From contig VMFR01000003.1 in NCBI GenBank assembly GCA_007376135.1, forward strand, positions 11,660 to 75,659: a stretch of DNA of 64,000 nucleotides. The letters are read 5' to 3'. Within the stretch, counting starts at the first letter, position 1. Each line of letters starts with the position of its first letter. The stretch is from Parcubacteria group bacterium Gr01-1014_31 (GTDB taxonomy: Bacteria; Patescibacteriota; Patescibacteriia; Buchananbacterales; GWA2-38-13). Below are positions 9,230 through 18,639 of this stretch, piece by piece. The translations under genes were made by a program, and so were the position numbers. The notes under the pieces are model-generated. The model made no database searches. It saw nothing but the letters and a program-made list of their open reading frames with translations, and was not told the DNA's origin.

Positions 9230-10628
9230 TAGGCTGCAAGACCTTCCCCGTATCGTTGCCTCGCGGTGGTGGCCGTTCGTCTACTGGCCGGCATTGTTGC
9301 TCCTCGCGATTTTTTTGAAATGGGGCCACCTGGTCAACCAGGATGAGGGGTTAACGCTGGCCGGTGCGTGGCAGGTTAGCCTTGGGTTGCAGCCATATCG
9401 TGATTTTTACGATTTCATCACGCCGGGCTCTCATTATCTTTTGGCGGGCGTCTTTCGCATGTTCGGTTCGACGTACGTCGTGGCGAAGGTCTTTTCATTG
9501 TTCCTCCTTCTGCTCTCCCTATACGGCGTGCGACGGATCACGGTGCGGTTCGCCTCCGGACCATGGTCGTGGTGGCCGTCGCTGCTGTGGCTCTTGCTGT
9601 CCGATCACTATGTGCTGATCAATCACAACACGTACGCGCTGGTGGCGGCGGTCTGGGCGATCGAGCGCGCGTTGGCGGCAGCCGGCAAGACCGCGGCGCG
9701 ATGGCCGTCCTGGCTGGTCGCGGGGTTGCTGGCCGGCGCGACCGTGATGCTGCACCAGGCGCGGGGAGCAGCCGTGGTCGCGGCCGTGCTGTGGCTCGCG
9801 CTGACCTTCGGGGTTGTCCCGGCTCTTGCCGTCATCGGGGGAGTGGCACTTGCGCTCCTGCCGCTGTTGGCATGGCCGTTGCCGCTCCTGCTGCAATCAT
9901 TGGTTGCCTTTCCTTTCGTCCAATATCTCCCGTTCAACCGGACCGGGATGACGCTGTTGGGCGCTTTGGTCGGCGTATATCTCGGGGTGGTGTTGCTTTC
10001 CCCATCACGCTGGCGAGACCGCCGCTGGGTATTTCTCTGGGGCAGCGGGGTTTTGCTGTTGGCGAGTAACTTCAGCCAAGCCGACCGTTTTCACCTGCTG
10101 CCGGCGATGTTTCCCATCGGCGCGCTGATCGCAACGGTCGCCATCCAGCGGCGTTCGCGCTGGCCGGCGTTGATGGCCGCTTCCGGCACGGCGGTATTGG
10201 CGGTAATCTCCATCGGCTTTACGGCACACCGCATTGCCAGCGTCGGCGTCAGGCCGTTCCTTCAGCTGCGCGACCCCCAGCTGGAGCAGCTGGTTTCCCG
10301 CATACAGCAAACCGTCGCGCCCCAGCAGCCGATCTTCGCCGCTCCGTTCCTGCCCAATCTTTATTTTGAAACTCAGCGCCGTAATCCGACGCGGTTCAAC
10401 GTGCTGATCTATCGGCACCATCCTTCGGCGTTCTTTGCGGCAGCGCGTGCCAGCCTGGAAGCCGACCCACCGCCCGTCATTCTCCTGAACTACTACACGA
10501 CGCCCGAAGGGTTTGCGACATTCCTGCTGGGCAACCCGGTCACTGACTATATCCGCCAGTACTACCGATACGCGGAAACCGTGAATAACATCCAGATCTA
10601 CCGCCGCACGGTCCCTCCGACACTATGA
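9195..10628 (+). CDS. GT-C fold membrane glycosyltransferase, paralog 5 (start uncertain)
   Basis: DEG..AWQVSLGLQPYRDFYDFITPG; IFAAPFLPNLYFETQRRNPTRFN; available ATG lies inside the inserted element. Confidence 0.72.
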   Translation: MSITHLTVVLRGRLQDLPRIVASRWWPFVYWPALLLLAIFLKWGHLVNQDEGLTLAGAWQVSLGLQPYRDFYDFITPGSHYLLAGVFRMFGSTYVVAKVFSLFLLLLSLYGVRRITVRFASGPWSWWPSLLWLLLSDHYVLINHNTYALVAAVWAIERALAAAGKTAARWPSWLVAGLLAGATVMLHQARGAAVVAAVLWLALTFGVVPALAVIGGVALALLPLLAWPLPLLLQSLVAFPFVQYLPFNRTGMTLLGALVGVYLGVVLLSPSRWRDRRWVFLWGSGVLLLASNFSQADRFHLLPAMFPIGALIATVAIQRRSRWPALMAASGTAVLAVISIGFTAHRIASVGVRPFLQLRDPQLEQLVSRIQQTVAPQQPIFAAPFLPNLYFETQRRNPTRFNVLIYRHHPSAFFAAARASLEADPPPVILLNYYTTPEGFATFLLGNPVTDYIRQYYRYAETVNNIQIYRRTVPPTL

Positions 10629-12073
10629 AATTTCATTGGGCCAAAATGTTTTTGCGGTCACCGTGGATTTGGGCAGTGTTTGGGTTGACGGTTTTCGGCA
10701 TGGCGCTGCGATGGCTGGGATTGGGACGCGAGTCGCTGTGGATGGACGAGCTGCAGACTTTGCGCGCCGCTCTTCTGCCGTGGGGGGAGCTGGTCATGGA
10801 ACGCCTGTCGGCCGGCCACGCGCCGCTATATTTCCTCTTGATGAAGCCGTGGATAGCTGTCTTTGGTGCGTCGGAAACGGCGCTGCGGTTGCCGTCGTTG
10901 CTGTTGGGAACAGCGACCATCCCGCTGACCTATCTGTTGGGCCGGCAGGCAGTCTCCCGCACGGTCGGTCTGTTCGCGGCATGCGGGATAACAGTCTCGG
11001 CCATCAACATCGAGTACGCGCAGGAGGCACGGCCATATACGCTGCTCACGCTGTTGGTGTTGCTCTCCGCCCTGGGGGCGGTGAAGTTGCATTCCTCGTT
11101 GGGTCGGCAAGGCTGGGGGTTGGCGTGCGTTGGGTTGATCGCCGGCATCTACACGCATTCCTATTTTCTCTTCTTTGCATTGGTCATCGTGGGCTGGCTG
11201 CTGTGGTCGAGTCGGGGGACGGCGGCCGTGGGACGGGTCTGGTCGCTCGCGCTCACGGTCGGCATGGCCGCGCTGCCGTGGGTCGCTGCCGTCACTTGGC
11301 AGCAGCTGCGCCCGCAGCCGGGCAATCCGGTCTTCTTCCTTTCCCAGCAGCAGTGGACCCTCTGGGACGCCGCCGTCAATTTCTTGGTCCGGACGCGGGC
11401 GGCCACCTACTGGCCCGAACCGTCGTATCTGGCGGTCTTTCCAACCGCTCTGCTGTTGGGTGTGGCGATCCTTCCGGTCGTACGGTGGGTTCGCCGGGGC
11501 GTTACGGATCAGAAGACCCCGATCGTCCTGCTCTACGGTTTGGTAGTCATCCCGGTGCTTTTGCCGTGGCTCTGGTCGCAGGCAGGTACGAATATCTTCG
11601 GCATCCATTATCTGCTGCCGGTGACGCCGGCATTGTATGCGGTGGTTGCCGTCGGCGCGGTCAGCACATGGGAAATGCTGCCGTGGCGCCAAAGGCCGAT
11701 CGTTCTGGCGATCGCCGTTGCGGCGTTCATCCCGCTACAGTCCGGGAGTTTGGCGGTCGCGTACCTCGTGCACCATAAGCCGCCGTGGCGCGAGGTGGAC
11801 GGTTATCTCCGGCGTAACGTCGGTGGGGAAGACGCGGTCGTGCTCATCGGCCCGGCCGCCGAGGCAACTCCGGTACTGGCGCACTACGCGCGCGGAGCCT
11901 ATGCGGTGCAGCCTGCGCCGACCGCCGATGTCCGCGAGGCCGCGCGGCTCTGGATGATCGGCTATGGACCCCAGGCGATGGCGCGCTCCCTTCAGTCCCT
12001 GGCGACGGTTTTGCAACCGTTCGCAACCGTGCGGATAGATCGCATCGGCATCATCGGGCTGGAGCGCCGTTGA
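10625..12073 (+). CDS. glycosyltransferase family 39 (PMT_2-like) protein
   Basis: SLWMDE, H.PLYF, LRLPS, YAQEARPY motifs; multi-TM. Confidence 0.85.
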   Translation: MKFHWAKMFLRSPWIWAVFGLTVFGMALRWLGLGRESLWMDELQTLRAALLPWGELVMERLSAGHAPLYFLLMKPWIAVFGASETALRLPSLLLGTATIPLTYLLGRQAVSRTVGLFAACGITVSAINIEYAQEARPYTLLTLLVLLSALGAVKLHSSLGRQGWGLACVGLIAGIYTHSYFLFFALVIVGWLLWSSRGTAAVGRVWSLALTVGMAALPWVAAVTWQQLRPQPGNPVFFLSQQQWTLWDAAVNFLVRTRAATYWPEPSYLAVFPTALLLGVAILPVVRWVRRGVTDQKTPIVLLYGLVVIPVLLPWLWSQAGTNIFGIHYLLPVTPALYAVVAVGAVSTWEMLPWRQRPIVLAIAVAAFIPLQSGSLAVAYLVHHKPPWREVDGYLRRNVGGEDAVVLIGPAAEATPVLAHYARGAYAVQPAPTADVREAARLWMIGYGPQAMARSLQSLATVLQPFATVRIDRIGIIGLERR

Positions 12074-12129
12074 ATCCAGTTTGACGGTTCCTCGTGCCGG
12101 GATTAGACTACACTCTTTAGCACCGTGAT

Positions 12130-12825
12130 ATGGCCACTTCTCGCACTGTTGCCGGAAATCATCTCGCTATCCTGGAGGAGATCCTCGAGACGATCTCGCG
12201 GACGTTAGAATTGAAAGACATTCTGCAGCAGGTCGTGCACATCGTCGCGCGGGTTACCCGTGCCGATTCCTGCCTGCTGTATCTCATTTCGGGCCGTGAG
12301 GTCGTACTCCAGGCGTCACTGAAAACGCACCCGCACTTGTCCAAGATCCGCATGAAGGTGGGTGAGGGCATTACCGGCTGGGTCGCGGAGGAGAAAAAGC
12401 TGGTGGCCATCGCCCGCGCCGCTTACCAGGATCCGCGGTTCAAGCTGTTCAATGCCCTGCCCGAAGACCGTTTTGAGGCGTTCCTGTCGGTGCCGATCAT
12501 CCATCGCGGCACGGTCATCGGTGTGATCAACGTGCAGCACCGCCGGCCCCGCCGCTATCCAAAAACCACCGTGCGACTGTTGGAGACCGTCGGCAAGCAG
12601 ATCGGCGGGCTGCTCGAAGTCGTACGGCTCGTATCGGAAACCCAGGCGCTCAAGGAGGCGTTGGAGACGCGCAAGCTGATCGCCCGCGCCAAAGCCGTGC
12701 TGATGAAGCAGCACCATTTGGACGAGGCGGCCGTTCACCAATTGTTGCTGAAAAAAAGCATGGACAAGCGTAAGTCGCTGCGCGAAGTGGCCGAGGCCGT
12801 GATTTTAGCAAGTGAGATATCGTGA
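12130..12825 (+). CDS. GAF and ANTAR domain RNA-binding regulator
   Basis: GAF (GEGITGWVA, LSVPI, GVINVQ) followed by ANTAR (LETRKLIARAKAVLM...SMDKRKSLREVAEAVI). Confidence 0.92.
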   Translation: MATSRTVAGNHLAILEEILETISRTLELKDILQQVVHIVARVTRADSCLLYLISGREVVLQASLKTHPHLSKIRMKVGEGITGWVAEEKKLVAIARAAYQDPRFKLFNALPEDRFEAFLSVPIIHRGTVIGVINVQHRRPRRYPKTTVRLLETVGKQIGGLLEVVRLVSETQALKEALETRKLIARAKAVLMKQHHLDEAAVHQLLLKKSMDKRKSLREVAEAVILASEIS

Positions 12826-12835
12826 AATGATTTGA

Positions 12836-12900
12836 CTATGGGATTGCGTATTGCGCATTGTTTAGCCGTCCGGAGAATACGTAATTCGTAATCCGCAATA
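12836..12900. repeat. inverted heptamer-array hairpin
   Basis: ggattgcgtattgcgcatt pairs with aatacgtaattcgtaatcc; 7-nt periodicity in both arms. Confidence 0.7.
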
Positions 12901-12934
12901 AAAAATTTGTAATTTATTTCTGGAGGTTATCCAC

Positions 12935-12963
12935 TTGTCCGCCGCTCCATCGGGGCGTAGGAT
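12935..12963 (+). promoter_or_regulatory. sigma70-type promoter for glnA
   Basis: TTGTCC-N17-TAGGAT. Confidence 0.55.
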
Positions 12964-12974
12964 AGGGGAGTTGG

Positions 12975-13041
12975 CGGCACAATGGCGTGCCGTTCGCCGG
13001 AGACAATGAGGTCTTCTGGGTTTATGCCCGGGAGATTTTTT
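12975..13041 (+). promoter_or_regulatory. ANTAR twin-hairpin leader overlapping an intrinsic terminator
   Basis: cggcac-AATGGC-gtgccg and agac-AATGAG-gtct (A1/G4 hexaloops); terminator tcttctggg-tttatg-cccgggaga-TTTTTT overlaps hairpin 2. Confidence 0.88.
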
Positions 13042-13050
13042 GGTATTCCT

Positions 13051-14460
13051 ATGACCAAAGACGAAATATTCTCGCTGATCGACCGCGAGCAGGTCGCGAT
13101 GGTGGATTTCCGTTTCGTGGATGTGTTCGGGCGCTGGCAGCATTTCACCTCGCCGGTGTCCGAGTTGACGCCGGAGGTGTTCGTGGAGGGCGTCGGATTC
13201 GACGGTTCTTCCATCCGCGGCTTCAAGCCGATCCAGGAAAGCGATATGCTGCTGGTGCCCGATCCGGTATCGGCGTTCGTTGACCCGTTCTTCGCCGTCA
13301 AAACCCTGGTGCTTATCTGCGATGTGTATGAGCCGGGTAATGAGCTGACGCCGTTCACCTACGACCCGCGGCGCATCGCGCGTCAGGCGGAAAGTTTCTT
13401 GCGGGGAAGCGGCGTGGCAGATGTGGCGTACTTCGGCCCCGAAGCCGAGTTCTTTATTTTTGATTCCATCCGTTACCACCAGGACGCCCGCGAAGGAAGC
13501 TACGCAATTGAATCGTCGGAAGCGCCGTGGCGGAGCGGCGACGGGGGAGCGAACCTCGGCTACCGCATTCCGCATAAAGAAGGGTATTTCCCGGTGCCGC
13601 CGCACGACACGCAGCAGGACGTGCGCACCGCGATGGTCCAGCATTTGACGGCCTGCGGCGTGCCGGTGGAAAAGCATCACCATGAGGTCGCGACCGCCGG
13701 GCAGGCGGAGATCGACCTGCGCTACGGGCCGTTGGTTTCGATGGCTGATCAGATGATGATCTACAAGTACGTGGTCAAAGCAACCGCCCGTCAGCACGGC
13801 AAGGTGGCAACCTTTATGCCCAAACCGATGTTCGGCGACAACGGTTCGGGCATGCATACGCACGTGTCGCTCTGGCAGGGCGGCAAACCGTTGTTCGCCG
13901 GTAACGGCTACGCGGGATTGTCGGACCTGGCGCTGCATTTCGCCGGCGGGTTGCTGCACCACGCGGCGGCGGTGCTCGCATTCGCCGCGCCGACGACCAA
14001 CTCCTATAAACGGCTGGTCCCCGGCTACGAGGCGCCGGTCAATCTGGTCTATTCCCAGCGTAACCGGTCGGCCGCCATCCGCATCCCCGTGTACTCGCAG
14101 TCGCCCAAGGCCAAGCGTTTGGAGTTCCGTCCGCCGGACCCGTCATCCAATCCGTACCTGACGTTCGCCGCGATGCTGATGGCCGGGTTGGACGGCATCC
14201 GGCGCAAGCTCGACCCCGGCGCTCCCATCAACGAGAACATCTACGCCCTGCCGCCGGAGCGCGCGCGGCAGATCAAGTCGGTGCCCGGGTCGTTGGGCCA
14301 GTCGCTGTCGGCGTTGGCGGCCGACCACGAGTTTTTGACCGCCGGCAATGTCTTCCCCAAGGGATTCATCCAGCAGTGGATTTCCCTCAAGCGTGAAGAG
14401 ATTTCGCAGCTCAACCTGCGGCCGCATCCCTATGAATTCGTGCTCTACCACGACTGCTAA
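13051..14460 (+). CDS. glnA: glutamine synthetase type I
   Basis: FDGSSIRGF, HHEVA, ATFMPKP..GDNGSGMH, NRSAAIRIP, RLEFR.PD; start at ATG 13051. Confidence 0.97.
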   Translation: MTKDEIFSLIDREQVAMVDFRFVDVFGRWQHFTSPVSELTPEVFVEGVGFDGSSIRGFKPIQESDMLLVPDPVSAFVDPFFAVKTLVLICDVYEPGNELTPFTYDPRRIARQAESFLRGSGVADVAYFGPEAEFFIFDSIRYHQDAREGSYAIESSEAPWRSGDGGANLGYRIPHKEGYFPVPPHDTQQDVRTAMVQHLTACGVPVEKHHHEVATAGQAEIDLRYGPLVSMADQMMIYKYVVKATARQHGKVATFMPKPMFGDNGSGMHTHVSLWQGGKPLFAGNGYAGLSDLALHFAGGLLHHAAAVLAFAAPTTNSYKRLVPGYEAPVNLVYSQRNRSAAIRIPVYSQSPKAKRLEFRPPDPSSNPYLTFAAMLMAGLDGIRRKLDPGAPINENIYALPPERARQIKSVPGSLGQSLSALAADHEFLTAGNVFPKGFIQQWISLKREEISQLNLRPHPYEFVLYHDC

Positions 14461-14549
14461 TTGACGGCCATCGAGGTAAGGCCGTACGATACCAGGGCGG
14501 TTGCACGGTGCAGCCGCCCTGAACATTTGCCCTTTCGCAAGGAGATTCC

Positions 14550-14966
14550 ATGCAATGGCCAGGCTTCTCTTTTTCTGTACCGATGCTGGCGCGGCTGGTC
14601 ACCCTCGGGATGCGCCTGCTGTACGTACAAGGGGCGACCGATGATTTGGACCGGCGGCGGGTGTTTCTGCGGTCGCGGCGCCTCCAGCTGTACGGCGAAG
14701 TCTCCACGAACGATTGGAGTCAGCCGGATCCCGACCTGCGCGTCGGATTGTTCTTCTGGGGTTCCTACCGTCCGCCGCGGCCGTACCTGCGGTTGCCGTG
14801 GTGGACCTGGCAGACGCCGCGCACGCCGGAGTACATCACTCCAAAGAACTGCTACGGCCTGCGGAACATCACCGACCGCCAGATCAGAACCGTCGTACGG
14901 TTCCTCACCGCGGCCCGTCCGATCTCGGCGGAGGAACTTTCCTGCGCCCGACTGCACCTGCCGTGA
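14550..14966 (+). CDS. hypothetical protein
   Basis: AAGGAG Shine-Dalgarno upstream; fills the gap between glnA and the reductase; no family recognised. Confidence 0.55.
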   Translation: MQWPGFSFSVPMLARLVTLGMRLLYVQGATDDLDRRRVFLRSRRLQLYGEVSTNDWSQPDPDLRVGLFFWGSYRPPRPYLRLPWWTWQTPRTPEYITPKNCYGLRNITDRQIRTVVRFLTAARPISAEELSCARLHLP

Positions 14967-15032
14967 AGGGACCGGCCCCTGTCCCCGATCCCGATCCCCG
15001 GCACGACCTCTGTGCCGGTCTTTTTTACCCCC

Positions 15033-15722
15033 ATGGCAATTCCTGCCGACATCGTTGCCACCGTTACCTCGCTGCGCGATACGACCCACGACACGCGGGT
15101 TTTTTCACTGCGCCCGCACGCGGATGACTACGCATTCCTGCCCGGGCAGCACTGTCTGGTGGACGCGGGGCTGCAACGTCCCAGGCCGTTCTCGTTCACG
15201 ACTTCGCCGCTTCAGGGGCCGGAGTTCGAGCTGGCCATCAAACGTGAGGGTGTGCTCACCGACCGTTTATTCACGCTCAAAGCGGGCAACGTTGTACACA
15301 TCAGCCGTCCGCTCCCCAGCCGGCTCGCCCTGCGGCCCGACGATACCGAACTGGCGATGGTCGCCGGCGGTACGGGGGTCACGCCGTTCATGAGCATCAT
15401 CCGCGACGCCGCGCTGCACCATCTGCCTGCGAGATTACGGCTGCTGTGCGCGCATCGCACGGCCGCCGACATCATCTTCCGTTCCGAGCTGGAAGAACTG
15501 TCGCGCGCGCATCCGGCCCTGACCGTGATGTTCACGCTGACCCGGGAGCAGCCGGCCGGCTGGTTGGGCGAACACGGTCGCGTCGATGCGGCCATGCTGC
15601 ACCGCCAGTTCCCCGATTGGCAGCATCCGCGTTTTCTGCTGTGCGGCCCGCCGCCGATGGTCGTCGCGTTGCGGCGCGAATTGCTTGCCGCCGGCGTTCC
15701 CGCTGACCGCGTCGCCGTTTAA
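15033..15722 (+). CDS. ferredoxin--NADP reductase-like FAD/NAD(P) oxidoreductase
   Basis: PGQ, RPFSFTT, AGGTGVTPF, LCGPPPM. Confidence 0.88.
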   Translation: MAIPADIVATVTSLRDTTHDTRVFSLRPHADDYAFLPGQHCLVDAGLQRPRPFSFTTSPLQGPEFELAIKREGVLTDRLFTLKAGNVVHISRPLPSRLALRPDDTELAMVAGGTGVTPFMSIIRDAALHHLPARLRLLCAHRTAADIIFRSELEELSRAHPALTVMFTLTREQPAGWLGEHGRVDAAMLHRQFPDWQHPRFLLCGPPPMVVALRRELLAAGVPADRVAV

Positions 15723-15726
15723 TTTA

Positions 15727-15758
15727 CGTTGACGTCAACGATTTTACGGTGGTATACT
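15727..15758 (+). promoter_or_regulatory. suf promoter with a perfect 14-bp palindrome over the -35 box
   Basis: CGTTGACGTCAACG; TTGACG-N18-TATACT. Confidence 0.55.
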
Positions 15759-15793
15759 GCCTCCGCTTTCTTTTTTGTTTGAGCCGAAATTCG

Positions 15794-16561
15794 ATGATTA
15801 AGGTCAAGAACGACGCGCCGGCCATTCCCGTACTCGAGGTGCGGGATCTGTATGCCTCGGTCGAGGGTAAGCCGATTCTCCAGGGCGTCACGCTGACGGT
15901 CGGGCGGGGCGAATTACATGTACTCATGGGCCCCAATGGTTCCGGTAAATCGACGCTCGCCAATGCGTTGGCGGGCGCGCCCAACGTTACCGTGGCCAGC
16001 GGCGCAGCCCGACTGGACGGCCATGATCTGCTGGCCATGAGTCCCGATGAGCGGGCGCGGGCCGGGCTATTTTTGGGTTTTCAGTATCCCGTCAGTATTC
16101 CCGGGTTGAGCTTGACCGGCCTGATCGCCGCGGCTCGCGCTGCCCGCGCGTTGGGTCCGGTCGAAAAGCAGGCACTGCCCGCGCTGCTCAAGGAGCTGCA
16201 ACTGGCCCCCGAGATGGTCGGCCGTGATGTGAACGAAGGATTATCGGGCGGTGAGAAAAAAAAGTCGGAGATCGCGCAGCTCACGTTGCTGCCCCCGCTG
16301 CTGGCTATTTTGGATGAACCGGACTCCGGATTGGATATTGATTCGCTGCAACTGATCGCTCGGGCCATCGACCGGCGCCACCGCGAGGGAACCGCCGTGC
16401 TCCTCATCACGCATTACCAGCGGATCGTCCAGTTCCTGCGGCCGGATGCCGTGCACGTAATGGCCAGCGGGCGGGTGGTGAAGAGCGGGCCCGGTACCAT
16501 GGCGGCCGAGATCGAGCGGACCGGCTACGCGCCGTTGCTGGGTCCGAATCCGGCAGCATAA
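15794..16561 (+). CDS. sufC: Fe-S cluster assembly ATPase SufC
   Basis: GPNGSGKS, LSGGEKK, LDEPDSGLD, LITHY. Confidence 0.95.
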   Translation: MIKVKNDAPAIPVLEVRDLYASVEGKPILQGVTLTVGRGELHVLMGPNGSGKSTLANALAGAPNVTVASGAARLDGHDLLAMSPDERARAGLFLGFQYPVSIPGLSLTGLIAAARAARALGPVEKQALPALLKELQLAPEMVGRDVNEGLSGGEKKKSEIAQLTLLPPLLAILDEPDSGLDIDSLQLIARAIDRRHREGTAVLLITHYQRIVQFLRPDAVHVMASGRVVKSGPGTMAAEIERTGYAPLLGPNPAA

Positions 16562-16569
16562 GACCGGCT

Positions 16570-17979
16570 ATGTCCGACCATCTCTCGGAACTCGTGAAAT
16601 CAAAGCAAGAGTACCGGTACGGGTTCCAGGAACCGGACCGGTCCGTGTTGCGTTCACCCAAGGGGTTATCACGCGCGGTCGTCGACCTGATTTCCGGGCA
16701 GAAGCAGGAGCCGGATTGGATGCGGCAGCTGCGCTACGAAGGGCTGAAGCATTTTTCGGCGCGGCCGATGCCGGCCTGGGGCGCCGACCTTTCGGGTATT
16801 GATTTCAACGACATCTACTATTACATTAAGCCGACCGAGCGCAAAGCGCAGGATTGGAACGACGTGCCGCCCGAGATCAAGCGGACGTTCGATCGGCTGA
16901 AGCTGCCCAAGTACGAGCAGGAATTCCTGGCTGGGGTGGGCGCGCAGTACGATTCCGAGAATATCTACCACCATGTGTTGCCCGAGCTGCGCAAGCAGGG
17001 AGTGGTCTTCACTGACGTGGAGACCGCCACGCGCGAGTACCCAGACCTGGTGCGGCGCTATTTCTCCACGATCGTGCCGTCCAATGACAATAAGTTCGCG
17101 GCCCTCAACACGGCCGTGTGGTCGGGCGGGAGTTTCATCTACGTGCCGCCGAACGTGCATGTGGAACTGCCGCTACAGGCATATTTCCGCATCAACGCGT
17201 CGCAGATGGGGCAGTTCGAGCGCACCCTCATTATTGCCGATGAAGGCAGTTTCGTGCACTACGTGGAAGGGTGCTCGGCGCCCATCTACCAGAAAAGTTC
17301 TCTGCACAGCGCGGTGGTCGAGATCGTGGCGAAGCGCGGCGCGCGCGTGCGTTACACGACCGTACAGAACTGGTCCAAGAACGTCTACAATTTGGTGACC
17401 AAGCGCGCGCGGGCCGAAGAGGAGGCGACCGTCGAGTGGGTGGACTTCAATTTCGGCAGCAAGGTGACGATGAAATATCCGTGCGTCGTATTGGCCGGCC
17501 GCGGGGCGCGCGCAGACATTCTGTCCATGGCCTTCGCCGGAGCGGGTCAGATCCAGGACGCGGGCGGTAAGGCCATCCACTTGGCGCCGGATACCACATC
17601 GGTCATCACCTCCAAGTCGGTTGCCCAGGGCGGCGGTCGTACGACCTACCGCGGGCTGCTGCAGGTGGCCCCGGCCGCGCTGCGCTGCCGTTCGAAGGTC
17701 ACCTGCGACGCGCTCATCCTGGACCCGCAGTCAGCGTCGGACACCTATCCGACGATGAAGATCGGTAACAGCCAGGTCAGCATCGAACATGAAGCGACGG
17801 TGACCAAGATCTCCGAAGCGCAACTTTTCTACCTGCAGAGCCGCGGTTTGCCGGCCGCGGAGGCAGCCGCCCTCGTGGTCAACGGCTTCATCGAACCGTT
17901 GGTCAAGGAACTGCCGTTGGAGTACGCCGTGGAGATGAATCGTTTGATCGCCCTGGAGATGGAGGGTTCGGTCGGATAG
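16570..17979 (+). CDS. sufB: Fe-S cluster assembly protein SufB
   Basis: GQFERTLII, YVEGCSAP, TMKYP, ELPLEYAVEMNRLI..MEGSVG. Confidence 0.97.
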   Translation: MSDHLSELVKSKQEYRYGFQEPDRSVLRSPKGLSRAVVDLISGQKQEPDWMRQLRYEGLKHFSARPMPAWGADLSGIDFNDIYYYIKPTERKAQDWNDVPPEIKRTFDRLKLPKYEQEFLAGVGAQYDSENIYHHVLPELRKQGVVFTDVETATREYPDLVRRYFSTIVPSNDNKFAALNTAVWSGGSFIYVPPNVHVELPLQAYFRINASQMGQFERTLIIADEGSFVHYVEGCSAPIYQKSSLHSAVVEIVAKRGARVRYTTVQNWSKNVYNLVTKRARAEEEATVEWVDFNFGSKVTMKYPCVVLAGRGARADILSMAFAGAGQIQDAGGKAIHLAPDTTSVITSKSVAQGGGRTTYRGLLQVAPAALRCRSKVTCDALILDPQSASDTYPTMKIGNSQVSIEHEATVTKISEAQLFYLQSRGLPAAEAAALVVNGFIEPLVKELPLEYAVEMNRLIALEMEGSVG

Positions 17980-17991
17980 GGGAGCATCGCC

Positions 17992-18633
17992 ATGTTTCAG
18001 ACCCTAAACGAAGTGGTCGTCCGCGGCGCGACCGTCATCGTCGACCAGGATGAAGCCGCGGACCTGCGCATCGTGCTGACGCCGCAGTCGGATGTCGTGT
18101 ACGTGGGCGTGCTCGGCCTGGGACAATCTTCCAAACGGCTGCATTTCGTGCTGCAGGACGGCGCTCGTTTGCGCTGCACCACGGTCTGCTGCGGTGCCGC
18201 GAGCGACCGGATCGCCGCCGACTATATCATTGAACACGTTGGCCGAGGCAGTACCGCCTTCACTTTGGTCAAGGGCGTTTTTTCCGACACCGCTCGCGCC
18301 GAGATCTTCGGCCTGATCAAGATCCCATCCAGCGGACAGCAGACCGAATCGTTCCTGGAACAGCGGGCGCTGCTGCTGTCGGATACCGCCTACGCCAATT
18401 TGCAGCCCAAGCTGCAGATCGAAGCCAATGATCTGAAGGCCAGTCACGCCGCCACGGTCGGCCAGCTGGATGCCAACCAGTTGTTCTACTGCCAATCGCG
18501 CGGATTGCCGCGCGCAACCGCCGCCCGGCTGATCGTGCGGGCGTTCTTGGCCGAGGCTTTGGCGGCGGTGGCGCAGCCCGAACTTCGCGGAGAATTGCAG
18601 CAAGCATTGGACCGTAAGATGGCGCTTGCATAA
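17992..18633 (+). CDS. sufD: SufD-family protein (short)
   Basis: PKLQIEANDLKASHAATVG..LFYCQSRG; operon position. Confidence 0.85.
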   Translation: MFQTLNEVVVRGATVIVDQDEAADLRIVLTPQSDVVYVGVLGLGQSSKRLHFVLQDGARLRCTTVCCGAASDRIAADYIIEHVGRGSTAFTLVKGVFSDTARAEIFGLIKIPSSGQQTESFLEQRALLLSDTAYANLQPKLQIEANDLKASHAATVGQLDANQLFYCQSRGLPRATAARLIVRAFLAEALAAVAQPELRGELQQALDRKMALA

Positions 18634-18639
18634 TCTTCT

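Noticed and set aside
12927-12935. DnaA box / replication origin
   Set aside because: A single one-mismatch TTATCCACT with no cluster and no dnaA context.
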